Shown here piece after piece: positions 12,195 to 24,010 of a stretch of 64,000 bases of DNA. The notes under the pieces are model-generated. The model saw nothing but the letters and a program-made list of their open reading frames with translations. It was not told the DNA's origin and made no database searches. The stretch spans positions 174,049-238,048 of the forward strand of contig RDEW01000016.1 in assembly GCA_011109175.1 (NCBI GenBank), read 5' to 3'. Numbering within the stretch: position 1 is the first letter of the stretch; each line of letters starts with the position of its first letter. A program made the position numbers and the translations under genes. Source of the stretch: Dicyema japonicum. Lineage: Eukaryota > Animalia > Dicyemida.

Positions 12195-13110
12195 ATGTTC
12201 AAAACTGAAGGACTAGAACTACCACATTCTGAAATGGAGTCAGTTGCCTCCCTTCAGGAGGTTGGAATCTTTCCGAAAGAAAAGAAATGCCTTAAAAGAC
12301 ATTTGATGACCCTTCTCCATGTATTGCAAAAGAACCTTACTTTTTTTAATTTTGACGTTTTTCTAATAGGTGATGTATATGGCTACTCTATTATGAACCC
12401 ATGGTTCCTCAAAAACCACAAGAAAATATCCCCTGGGAAGTCGAGCACTGCGATTATCTCCTCCTACAGGAAACATACATCCTTCGATCCTAAATTAACT
12501 TGGAATGGAGAGCTTATCCCAGTTAATAAGAACCCATCAATCCTTGGAGTTACATATGACCCGTTGATGACGTTCACACATCATGTGGACACAATAATTT
12601 CAAAAGTTCAAAAAAAGATGGGGATCCTCAAGACCTTTGCTAGATCGCCAATATCTTCACTTTCTCATCTCAAATTATTATACAAACAGTATATTCTACC
12701 TACAATGGAACATGCATGTACTGCGTGGATTACACCCCTGTCAATATCCACGCAGAACAAGTTAGAGGTCATACAAAATCAATGCCTCCGGATCCATCCT
12801 AAATGTGACAGAATGACGCCTACGTCAGAAATGAGGAACAGGCTAGATCTCAAAAAAGTTATGGAACATCTCGGTGACGAACAACAAAAATTTTTGAAAA
12901 TGGTGCAATCTTCTGGTAGCCCCCTTGAAGATGAGTTTCTTGCCTACCAGAAGGATGCTCGCAAATTTGAAATTAAACCTTCCCCTTTTGAACGATCATA
13001 AAAAATTGCAGACAAAGTCGAAACAAAAGAGGACGCACTGACACCGGGATCACTTAATTAGACGATAACTTTTTCCTCTTTCCTGTGTCCAGGGGATTAT
13101 AATAATAATA
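12195..13110 (+). mobile_element. Jockey/I-like LINE, 5'-truncated (RT C-terminal region, 3' UTR hairpin and TAA tail)
   Basis: ORF 12195-13001 (LGVTYD..MTF..HV..I..K...LYKQYILP.MEHAC.AW) is followed by gggatcacttaattag...ggggattataataataat. Confidence 0.85.
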
Positions 13111-13505
13111 TGGCTACCCTATGATTTTCGAGGACGGACTGACACCGGGATCACTTAATTAGACGATAACTTTTTCCTCTTTCCTGTGTCCAGGGGATTA
13201 TAATAATAATATGGCTACCCTATGATTTTCTTATAGTGGTTGAGTGGTCTCTAATAATATCTATGTCTTATCGTACTCCCAGTCTGTCTATTCTACTTCC
13301 TCTACAATAGCAACTTTCGACGTCAGGAGACTGCGGAAGACCTCGATGAACAGCGGAGACGTGAGGTAGAAAAATACATAGAGAAAACTGGTAGAACTGA
13401 TAGTGAAAAGCAAGGCATAAACAGAACCCTAAGTATTCATATACTTATGGGTAACGCGGGAGTGCAGTTAACTAATTAATTAACTAACTATGATCTTGTT
13501 AATTT

Positions 13506-13800
13506 GCCACGTGGTGTCATGTGGCTACATGATTGAAGATTTCCATTTCTTCTTTCTGATGACGTCATAGCATACCTTAATTATGAGACCCTTAATGCCT
13601 AGCCGACATTCAAAATGATCCATTTCTTCGGTTCATCGGGAGACGATTTTATTCTCTGGCGACGAGTTCTGGCATCGGCCTCAGCTTCCGGACAATTTCC
13701 TCTGGTTCACTATGCTTGGATGAGGTTCTACTAAATAGCGTCAGGATCACGGGATTAGATAGTTTTGATTTACCCTTGGTTAGTTTCTCTCTAAGACAAA
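13506..13800 (+). mobile_element. Short non-autonomous retroposon, copy B
   Basis: gccacgtggtgtcatgtggc head, TGACGTCA at 13560, gccgacattcaaaatgatc at 13602, ggatcac at 13744. Confidence 0.55.
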
Positions 13801-14239
13801 AAGCTCTCATCCAGGTTCCTTCAATATGGTGGGAGAGATTTTGAACAAACTCCTTCTTTATTTTAGAGAGTTTAGTTTATAATGTCTTTTTAGTCCATTA
13901 AGAAGGGGTCGAGAGGCTAGAGCCACTTTGAGCAAATGAGAGCTATACCATTGTGTGGAAAAGTTGCGTCACCAGTTTAAGAGTTAACCACTAGGCTAAC
14001 TGGTCAAGGATTAACACTAAAAAATCCAAAAATAACAATTAAAATATGAGACTCACTCCTCCGTCAATTTAAAAAAATCAGAGTTGTATAGTCATAGCGA
14101 TCGTTAATAGGACGAATAGATTTTTTTCTAGCAAACCGTTCGATTCTTTTCTATATAAACTAGAAATTATGCTTAAATTAGTAGAAAATTAGCATAAAGT
14201 CAAGATAATTCAAAACTTTCTACAATTTACGATTATAAA

Positions 14240-14695
14240 TAGCGAGACTAGACTCGTTTCACAGGATCATCTAAGAAACATAACTGGATTGTCCTATCCA
14301 TCCTAGATCTCGCGGAAAAGACTGTACAATAACTGTGACTGTGTACCATTAAGTCTCGAGATCTCTTGTTGGAGACTTTTTGCTCTCGTTGGAGACTTTT
14401 TGGACACGTCCTGAAGTTGGACCCGATATCCCCCCCCGAATATCGCAATGGAAGATTACTACTCCTCCTCTAATGTAAAACGCTTTCGTGGAAGACCGAG
14501 AACAACCCTCCTGGTTACAAAACGAACTGAAAGCCGTGAAGAAAACATTGGTCATCTGGTGATTATCTGGACTCACTGAGGGACCTAGCTAAAAACAGAA
14601 GAGCTTAAAGCAAGCTAACTAGTTCTCTATATTTTTTTCTGCACACGTGGAGCGATAAATATTATGGCTCTCGTGAAAGTGCTAATAATAAATAG
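14240..14695 (+). mobile_element. RTE LINE 3' end
   Basis: Contains FRGRPRTT and ends with tail gcacacgtggagcgataaatattatggctctcgtgaaagtgctaataata, matching 50825-50880. Confidence 0.8.
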
Positions 14696-15859
14696 CGAGA
14701 ATCATAAAATCATGACAACTTGTAGTTACTACAACGTCCTCAAGACTGAACATGGTCCGTTTTTCAATAGGCAAGGTACTTTATTTCACTCATTGAAATG
14801 GACATCCACCTTGTTGTTGGGGAATATAAGTTATCACAAAAAACGATTTTTCACCACTCGGGAGCAATTGAGTTTTATGTGACAGGAATGGAGTTTGGCG
14901 TTAAGAGCTGCAGAAAGGATTGATCGATGTTCTCAATTTGATGTTTTCAAAGGACCCGAGCATAAAATGGAGATTAGAACATCATGAGATCCACGTTGAC
15001 CAACATACCATCTTAGGGCAGTCGACCAATTAACCAACCGGCCTCTCCCGTTAATTAAGAGGACATTTAAGGATTAATGACTAATATCACTTCTTCCATC
15101 TGAAGGCAGACGATCTTTCGCATGTTCGTCAAGGTTTTTGGACCGACGAAATTTGAAACTACAACGTTAATGTATCCGGAGCTGAAAGAATTTGTGCATT
15201 CAATGGCTCAAAGTTCTCACTTGTTCCACAGGTATTGATTAACGGGATGAGGAGTGAAAAATATGTCATTTGTGAGACAATAAGTTTTGACGTGGTCAAG
15301 GATCATTATGACGTTGACTTTTCTATGATAAAGCTGGGACTTTGCTATTCAAGAACACTGACCAAACTATCTTAAGAAACTGCATACTCAAAACTCTCCC
15401 GTGTTCCCAAAAACGGATAGACAAATATATCTGAGACTTAAAATACAAAATTGAAAAAAAGTCATTGACATAATCTCCGATATTCTCATAAATTGCAACC
15501 GCTTCCATGTTCTTTACAAAAATAATATAGTCCTTATCCTCTTGTGGCTTATAGATTGACTCAATTTTTTATTTAATCTCAAGAATTCAGACAACGATAA
15601 AGTTAGGAAACTCCGACGTTCCGACAATTTATTTAAGAAACTCCATTATCACCGAGAAAGTGTCAAAACCAACTACAGAAAAACCTCTCGAATCCGCGAA
15701 AATTGGGACCTGGTAAATTACGGCGGACTCGAGGGGCAAATTTGAATTTTTTTATAAATTAATAAAATGCATTTTTTTAATTTTAAAGACTAATTAAAAA
15801 TGAAAACATTAATTTCCTTAAAAATAATCAGTTATTCTTGTTTTAATGGCTCCGGCTTC

Positions 15860-16115
15860 ATCGGTCTGTGTGGCCAAGAAACAAGTCGTTTCTTCCATTC
15901 ATGGCTAGAGCCTCAAATACACGAAATTTGGGGAAAAAACCCACCCCTCTTCAAACTCTAATGAAAGATGATCGTCGTCTATTCAGGAAAGCCGTGGGTA
16001 CTCTGGAGGAACATAGGAAAAACCTTTCGATCCTGTTGAGGCGTACCTGGATCACTTAATTAGTTAGTTTGCTCCTTCTTTCTTGGTGTTCCCTTTCGGG
16101 GTTATTAAATAAATA
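15860..16115 (+). mobile_element. LINE 3' stub with GGATCAC tail
   Basis: ggatcacttaattag...gtgttccc...ggggttattaaataa. Confidence 0.5.
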
Positions 16116-16560
16116 AAATAAATATTCTTGTTTTAATGTTTGTCTTGATGTTTCTACTAACATCATCGAGGACATTGAAGACATCAAAGTTAATTTCATT
16201 CTTTTGTTTAAAGTACTTATTCAATGTACAGACAGCATTCGTTGCATCATAGTCTACAAACGACTTGTTCATTCTTTTGTTCTCCATCATTAATGCATTC
16301 TTTGTCTTCATTATTTTTATCCAAATTTTTTAAGATCTCTTCATTCTCTGTATACTCATAGAGAAGAAACTCATCTTCTGGAATTGGATATTTATTTGCA
16401 GTCTAGACACGAATTCTTGATAAGTTTCAGGCTAAAACTCGTCATTAATTTCTTCAATAAAATCTTGGGTCCATTTAGCACGTCAAAAACAGTTTATTAT
16501 TTTTGTACTATTTCCATGCTTGATAGGTATAAATTATAGCATCCTTAAGGCTTTTTTCTT
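16110..16560 (-). mobile_element. pogo/Tigger transposase C-terminal remnant
   Basis: Y..A.NAV.TL..YF......F......V......KT.I...F pattern typical of CENP-B/Tigger C-termini. Confidence 0.5.
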
Positions 16561-17211
16561 TACATGCCTCGGTTTATGATTTTCCAAGTTTAATTTTTTT
16601 TCAGTTTTTTTAATTAAAAAAATAAAAATAATAAAATGAAAAAATATTTTCAAAAATGCGGCGGATTCGAGAGGTTTTACTGTAATTTAAATTTGGACTC
16701 GAATTTAGACTCGGTCTACGTGCAGTATATTCAATTGTCTCTAACTTACAAGTGTGCTGCATGGGGAACCAAACTATCAAATGCGAATATGGAAAAAATT
16801 AATACATTCCAAAAAATGGGTAGTAAGGCACTGCAAAAGTTTTCTCAGACACCTCTAAACCCTACACTGATCCTAGCTTCAAGTATTTTCCGGACACTTC
16901 TCGAGTAATCTAACAGCGATCCCATTGTCTTCCTGTAATGTCCTCAAATTTCTGAATAAAAAGTCGACATGAGAATCTTGCTTCATGACTGATCGGAATT
17001 CCTCTGCATGGATAACCCTTTCCCAAGTGAGTTTCCTGGTTTTTTGCAGAAACGAGAAAACCTCGGCCATTGTTTTAGGTCAAATCCTTTAAAAGAAGAG
17101 TAACAAGGATTCACTTTCATGTAAAGAAAGAAGACTTAGGATTTCCCGCTTAAATGAGATAATATACTCCTCTTATGTTAAGGATTTATCAAAAAATTAA
17201 TTTAAAAAAAT

Positions 17212-19296
17212 TCATTCATCAGATTCACTATTAAAGACATCAATACCAAGGAGGAGATTCCGATTCGTGAAATGAAGAGAATACAAAATTGAATCCTTAG
17301 TCAAATACTTCGACAGCATATACTCGCTTTCATTACAATCACTAAATTCATCATTTAAGCTACAAAGTTAAAAAGGGCGATTCATTCTCCATTCTGGCTA
17401 AATGCCGTAAAATTGAGCGAAAATCCCAGATAAAAATCTTGCTTTTGTAAGTTCCTAGAACAAAGTCCACCTTCAGACATACCACAAGCAAGAATCTCCC
17501 CTTCTCGTGAAAAAGTCATGGTGGTGATGTTTTCGTCATCACACAACAGCCGAACCGCCAACTCCCCGGTGGCCAAACTCCAAACCATTATGCAACCGTC
17601 GACTCCTCCGCTGAGCAAATATCGTCCATCATTCGAGAAAACCAAACAAGAGACAGTTTCCTTATGTCCAGTAAACAGGAAGACACAACGACCGTCATAA
17701 ATATCAAAGATGCGAGTCATTCCATCATGGGAACCTGTAGCAACGTAGTTTCCGTTAGGATGGTGAGCCAAACACTAGAGATTACGGATAAAGCGACGGT
17801 TAAGTCGGCCAAGTGGCCAGTGAACAATCTCAATGGAACAGGACTATCACAAGACCACAGCTTGGCTGTGCAATCCTTCCCTCCCGTCAGAAAATAATGT
17901 CCGTAAGGCCTAAAGTCATGGAAAATGCGGAAACCCGAATTTAACATCCCAAATCGGTCCCCCAAAGTCTTTGAAGACAGCCAAAGTGCTGTACGTCATC
18001 AAACTCCACAACCGAACTAAACTTGACCACAAATTGCCAAACTGGTAGAGTCCTGAGAACATGAGACGATTTTGTCCCCGATTGGGTTAAACGAACTGCC
18101 ATAAACGGGGCCTGAGTGTCCGTAAAGAATCCTCAGATTCGACGCAGTATTCCTTTCGTCACAGAGGAGTTCTGAAATGTCACCAACTGAGGAGTCAAAT
18201 ATCATAAAACCGTTATCAAAATCAATCTGCTCCAGGTCATGCATGGACTTGATTCTCAGCAGAGAAGACGACGTCAGACCATAAATGGCGAGTCGATTGT
18301 CCGCGAAAGTCGCTGACATGAGGGCAGAGTCTTCACTGATACTGGTCGAGGTCACGTTATATTTGAAATTGAGGAGAGAGTATATATAAATCGAAGGGGG
18401 AGTGTCTGAGCTGATTACAAGGCGTTTTTTGCTCGGTTTTCGCATATTCAGCCGATTCACCATTTTTTGAGGCAAAGGGACACGTGACAGATTCGGGGAC
18501 TGGAAGAAATCCTGAGTATTCTTAGAGCGGGCAGCCACCTTTTTTCGGTCGTCGTCAACAGCGGAGTCAGTCAATAAGCCGAAAAAAAGTCTTTGAGGAA
18601 AGTTGACTGGGATGACGTAAAAATCAACCCTGATTGGAAAACTGACCGATAAAATGATTGGTGAGGGAAGGATAAGAGTGGAGAGTGAAGAAAAGCTGAA
18701 TCAGAGTCTTGAGGTTTGGGTTAAGGGAAAGGAACCGTTTGAAGATCTGAAGAACTGGACTTGACAGGGAAACATTGAATTTTACGCGTCTACGGTAAAT
18801 TCGCGGAAAACCTGAAAATTCTGACGATTTTATTTTCCGTAAAATTGTACGGCTCCACGTCTACCAACTCCCCTATGATTTGGGAGTATAGGGAGTTGTC
18901 ACGGAAAATGTTTGCGTTTTTTCCGTAAAAGGAATGAGCCCCTGAAGATAAAATTCCATAAAAATACCGGAAATGTCATTTTCGGCGACAAAAAGCAAAT
19001 AAACGTGCACAAAAATCGGAAATAGACAATTGAATAACTCAGCCTGAAATATCACATTTTTACTACTTTTGTATCTCGAGGGAAGATTCGTAGAGTTGAA
19101 TCAGGTTGGAACATTCAGCCGCAGATTGGGAGGCTGAGATGGACGTGTTGTACTCTGATGGCGTCATGAATTCATTTTGAAGAGCATTTGCAGCCTCCTA
19201 GTTGATAAAAGATGTTATTTTTACATGGAAGTTATTTTGTAAGAGATATTCAACTACAGAAGATATTTGGAATGAAGAAGGCTTAGTACTTGACAT
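17212..19296 (-). CDS. TAF5: Transcription initiation factor TFIID subunit 5 (LisH, NTD2, WD40), about 11 short introns
   Basis: AELFNCLFPIFVHVYL (NTD2), SRVPLP, PSIYIYSLLN, LRILYGHSGPVYGSSF, FTGHLAD, HPNGNYVATGS and terminal YLTKDSILYSLHFTNRNLLL all match TAF5. Short GT-AG introns restore the frame; the last intron lacks a GT donor. Confidence 0.95.
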
Positions 19297-19770
19297 TCTA
19301 ATCAATTTAAGTATTAATAATATTATGAAAACTGAAATATCAGCAAGAACAACAACGAATTTTAAATATTTAAAATTTTTATTTATTACTTTTAAAATTG
19401 TCAATTATTATTTGAACTAATATAATAAAATAATATTATTATTTTGTAACAGTATAGCATATATCTGTTAAAATTGGAAATAATTCATACAGATGGGCGC
19501 CTCTTGTCAATCAGCATTTTCCACAGAAAAATTACATTTCTTGCAGACTCAGAGAATCATTACTTATTAAAATAACACATTTATGTCCTGAGTAACAATA
19601 TAAGGCTTCATACTGTGGATACTTTTCCTTTTAAAAGCTAACGTAAAGACGTTAAATATTCACTTATCCCCCAAAATTATAAGACGGAGACTCATCTCAT
19701 TCTATGTATCAAGTTATCGTTTTATTTGATCTAAAAGTAGCTCTATTTGTAGTTCATTAAAAAATTACAA

Positions 19771-20080
19771 TTTTACGCACAGCCATATTAGCTATAACTC
19801 CTCCCATGCAGGACACTCACTTTATTTAAGTAAAGAACAGTTATGATAACTATTTGTAGGGGAGAATCAAGAAATGTTGTTCATTTCTTTTTTTTGTTGG
19901 GTGTGAGTCCTCTATAGACGATCCGGTTCCGCAGTAAAATATTCACTGATGACGGCCTCACTCGTCAAGCCAAAGCATCGTATATGGGTGGAACTTTCAA
20001 CCGGTATGTACAACAACGAGATGAGAACTAGGGACCATCAGGCCTCTTACCCGTCACTCTTTACACTAGTCAATTTAGTC
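19771..20080 (-). mobile_element. tRNA-derived SINE (decayed head)
   Basis: Shares the central block ttgacgagtgaggccgtcatcagtgaatattttactgcggaaccggat and the 3' tail with the copies at 42449, 54861 and 58480. Confidence 0.8.
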
Positions 20081-20209
20081 AATAATATCAATTCAACTGT
20101 GGGACAGTATTTATATTCTTCAATTGTTGCCAAATGAGATGTCTGTAAAATTTGTCTGAAAAATTGCTAAACTCCTGTTACATGGAGTTACTCAGGAAAA
20201 AAGAAAATA

Positions 20210-20748
20210 CAAAAAAGACCTCGTTTTGGAACACTTACAATTATTTTAATTTAAAATTAAATTTTACAATTTCTATATTTTACTACAATTAATTTTTAAA
20301 TCACGTGCAGATTTTTGTTCATTTTTGGTTGTCTTGAAATTATCTACACCTTTTATGCGCTTAAACTACGATACAAAAGTTGAAATTGCTAAACTTCTTT
20401 CAAAAAAGGAGCATTCAATTCGAAAACTCGCGAGAATGTTTGACACAAGTGTCGGAACAATCTCTAGAATCAAGAGAAACATTGTTCCATTCACAAAAAA
20501 TGGACAGATTTATTCAAATGCAGAGACTTCAGAGTCAATCACTAGTGAAAAGCATAAATTTTTGGATTCAAAAATGTTGGATGTATTTCAACACTAAGAA
20601 AACAAAACGTTCCCATTTCCGGACCTTTAATCCAAAAAATCGGTATTATTGTAATTCTTAAAATCGTTTTATTAGGACTGAAAGTCGCATCTAGAATCTT
20701 TCTCCAAAATTTTAAAGCTTCAAACGGATGGTTAAAAAAATTTAAATC
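20210..20748 (+). mobile_element. pogo/Tigger (CENP-B-like) transposase 5' fragment
   Basis: MRLNYDTKVEIAKLL...SIRKLARMFDTSVGTISRI (HTH_psq) and FKASNGWLKKFK. The 5' flank is nearly identical to 51680-51810. Confidence 0.85.
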
Positions 20749-20749
20749 T

Positions 20750-21050
20750 GGGACGCTACTTGTGTCGACACGCTTTGCCCGTCCAACATTGTCGGGAGCG
20801 CGGTAGACACACTGTATTCCGCGGAAAAAACGATGAGGGCAAAGGAGAAGAAATACGAAGCGCTACGCGACCGATTCGCGTTTTATCCGATAGTGGTCGA
20901 GACAACTGGAGGAATAAGTGGAAAATCGCTTCGCTTCCTCAAGAAACTTGGACGCTTAGCTACACTAAAAAGCCACGACGCACGTGAGACCCGGTGGCTA
21001 CTCCAGTTGATCTCTGTTGCAATCTTGAAATACTGTAAATATGGTTTTCT
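20750..21050 (+). mobile_element. CRE-like RLE retrotransposon C-terminal fragment
   Basis: DT.CP...G..AE..K.KKYEAL...F.P.VVETTG...L..LG...LQ.IS.A: end of the RLE domain. Confidence 0.75.
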
Positions 21051-21364
21051 GATTTGAAAGTAAAATGATTTTTAAATGTTAGACTAAAAATCTAGTCACG
21101 TGATCCACGACACCTGGTCACCCTTGAAAGCCAATTTTAAACTACGACTGTTCAATAAAATAACGCTTTTATGTTTACAGGTTCCAATATGAATACATCA
21201 TTCCGTCCATTTACTCAGAAGGCGAGAGATCTCGTATTTCTCCAAGTAAGGATACATAAACCCAATGAACCATTTGGGTAATCAGACTTCCTAATCTGAC
21301 CTCTTGTTCGTCAGTCCATAAAAGAACAACTCAATCAAAAAATAACAAGAATATCATGAAACAG

Positions 21365-21989
21365 TTAGAATTTCATGGCATGTGGTCGATCCCCACGTTG
21401 AAGGAAAAACTCAGTTCGCAGATATCCCTTAAGAGTCTTTGCATCCTCCCTTTTCTTGATGGCTTCCAACACCTGACCATCAATCAGCTTCTGCACCTTC
21501 ATCCATTTGTCTTTCCACACCTCCTTGGCTTCTTCATTCAGCTACACATTACCACCACAGCCTACTCGCTTTCCAGCATGCAGAAAATTGTCAGTGACGG
21601 TCTCGGGGAGTTTGAAGTTACCCAGATCGACTTTTGTAGAAGTGGCGATCACATGAGAGGCACACATCGTCTTAGTGGGACTCCGTTGGTCTTGTAGGGA
21701 CCGTTAACACAAAGAAATCCGGATGGAAGCTGTCCCAAGAATACAGAGCGCTATTTGTAAAAGAAAAACACCACTTTGCCACGATGAGTGCCAGTCAATT
21801 GAATGACAACAGTGCCAGGAGTTAATGAACTTCTGAGTTTGTGTTTATGTTGTGAGTAGCATTTTTTGTTGGTCTTTTTTGGAGTTTTAGCAACGTTAGG
21901 GTTGATCTTTTTCCTCTATTATATATTTAAGTTTTAAATACCATTGTAAGCTTCTTTTTGTCTTTATTCTCATTCGCAACAACCTCCAT
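21365..21989 (-). CDS. RPL6: 60S ribosomal protein L6 (eL6); three short introns; one apparent 1-nt deletion near 21660
   Basis: [11 protein letters not shown]...LTG.HRGK|R.VFL.QLPSG...GPYK.NGVPLRR...VIATSTKVD...LKGYL...F.L..GDRPH.MKF. Confidence 0.93.
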
Positions 21990-23709
21990 TAAACACTACA
22001 ACAGTAATCGTGAGTAACACGTGAAATTAAATTCAAAATTTTATTAATTTTATTTATTAATAATTTTTTAATTAATTCCAATATAACGTAAGTCTTTGAT
22101 TCTTGCAAGCAGCAAACGGATGCTTATATTTAAAAAAATCATATTATAGCTGATGATTCTTTAAATCGTTGTTAACCTGCGCACGTTTAACGATCATGAC
22201 AATCAAATTAAATTACGATCAAGTTTTAAAACATAAAATAAATTTAATTTAAAATGAATTGTTTGAAATAAGTGAGCTTTTAATTAAAACGACAAGGAAC
22301 AATTCTCAATCATTCCACTGCCTACCTTCAGAAATTCAAACAAGCGGGAAAACAGATTCAACCTAAATCTGGACGAATCGAAAATATTAGAGATATTTAT
22401 AGAACTTCATCTTACAATTCTTATTGTTAGTTGGGAAATAGGATGCAAATACGATTTGAAAAAATATCTTCAAAGACATTTACAAAGAACTGTCGACTAT
22501 TTAGCAATCGACTGTCTAACACTTATTAATATGGCGATTTTTTGACTTTATAAATCCGAAATTTTGACCATTTTTACTCATGAAAATTTTATCTAGAAAA
22601 TTTTTTTTAATTTAACAACACCAAATCAATAACTTAATTAAAATAAAGAATAATGTAATTCAAAATTTCGGTCTTAGATAATAGTCGTGGTAAAAATAAA
22701 AATCTTCATCTTTTGCTTAAATTCCATTTTTATTAAAACTCTTGGTTATTTTTTACTTCACAACCATCCAGAGGAGTTCCCCCCTGGACGGCACCTCCTT
22801 TAAGTCCGAGCATGCGAAGACTTATAAGGAATGGGATCACCTGAATTTTTTCATCTGGCTATGTCGGTGTTTTTTAGTTCAATAAATCTAAATTTAAAAA
22901 ATTTAAACACTGAATTAATAAATTATTAATTGATCAAAGTCAAGAACATTTTCAATGCCTTGATTAGTTAGCATGACTGTTCTTAATTCTCAAATAAGGT
23001 GTGAGTTCTACCTGAGGTTTAGCAAATGGAAACATTACCACTCCTTGGCGGCCGTACTGTTGTAGTTGATCGAGCACTTTAGATGTTCAGATTTGTTGAT
23101 TTATTAAATGAATTTCAGAATATGTTAAATATTATTTAATTACAAAGCCGATGAAGAAATTGCGGGAAAGTTGGATGACTGATCTGAAAAACACCAGAGA
23201 TCACGAGTCTACGAGATCGGATACCGATAGCCAATGTGCGTAGAAACAGCTTGGTTATTCAGACGACTACACTAATAAATACTTTTCTCCTACTGAACCT
23301 AGAAATTTATTTGTGCTTCACATCTATTTTGACTTTGTAGATAAAACAAAATTTTCCAACCCTATGATAAATCCATTTAAAAAACTCAAAAATAGCTTCG
23401 GTCAAATATTTTGGCATGAATTTTCTGCACTTTTCCACATAAGGAAGTAACACGATATCCAATACCCTCAAGGATTTTGTAAACTTTAGTGTTAGCTTAT
23501 GCAAAGTAATCATATTCAAGTAAGCATTAGTGACCTCAGTGATCCTAGAGTGGGTGGATGGAATGAGAAAATCAGATATTTTTACAGTGATACCTGTGAA
23601 ATACTAATAAAATGATAAACCTGTTAGTTTGAAATGATTTTAATCGATTCAATAAAAAGCTGTTGTTAGAAAATTCGCCAGGATATTTTTAATAACCTTT
23701 TCAATCACC

Positions 23710-24010
23710 TTCTTTCTTCGGACACGTGCTGAGGATGGAATTAACATCCCCACCGAACATATCTATGGAAACATACTATGTCAGTCAAGAAAGCTGCTAT
23801 CGTGGAAGACCTAGAACAACACTGCCAATAGGTTTACAAAAAGACCTGGTTAATTTTAAAAAAAATTTAAAACTGCCGACAACCTTGACACTATGAGAGC
23901 CTTTGCTAGGAACAGGGGAGCATGTAAAGGATGACATTTAACATTGTTTCTTTAGCTTCACATGCGGGGCTAAGTAGTATGGTTCTCGTGAAGTGTTTAA
24001 ATAATAATCA
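23710..24010 (+). mobile_element. RTE LINE 3' end
   Basis: FGHVLRM...RGRPRTTLP followed by tail cacatgcggggctaagtagtatggttctcgtgaagtg. Confidence 0.8.

Noticed and set aside
12030-12200. Tandem ~90-bp duplication before the LINE ORF
   Set aside because: A single N at the junction points to an assembly artefact; the N-terminal part of ORF 12195-13001 is therefore not trusted as real protein.
21542-21544. Premature TAG in RPL6
   Set aside because: It is the AG end of a canonical 24-nt GT-AG intron (21542-21565).
21356-21697. 113-aa plus-strand ORF
   Set aside because: Antisense shadow of RPL6.
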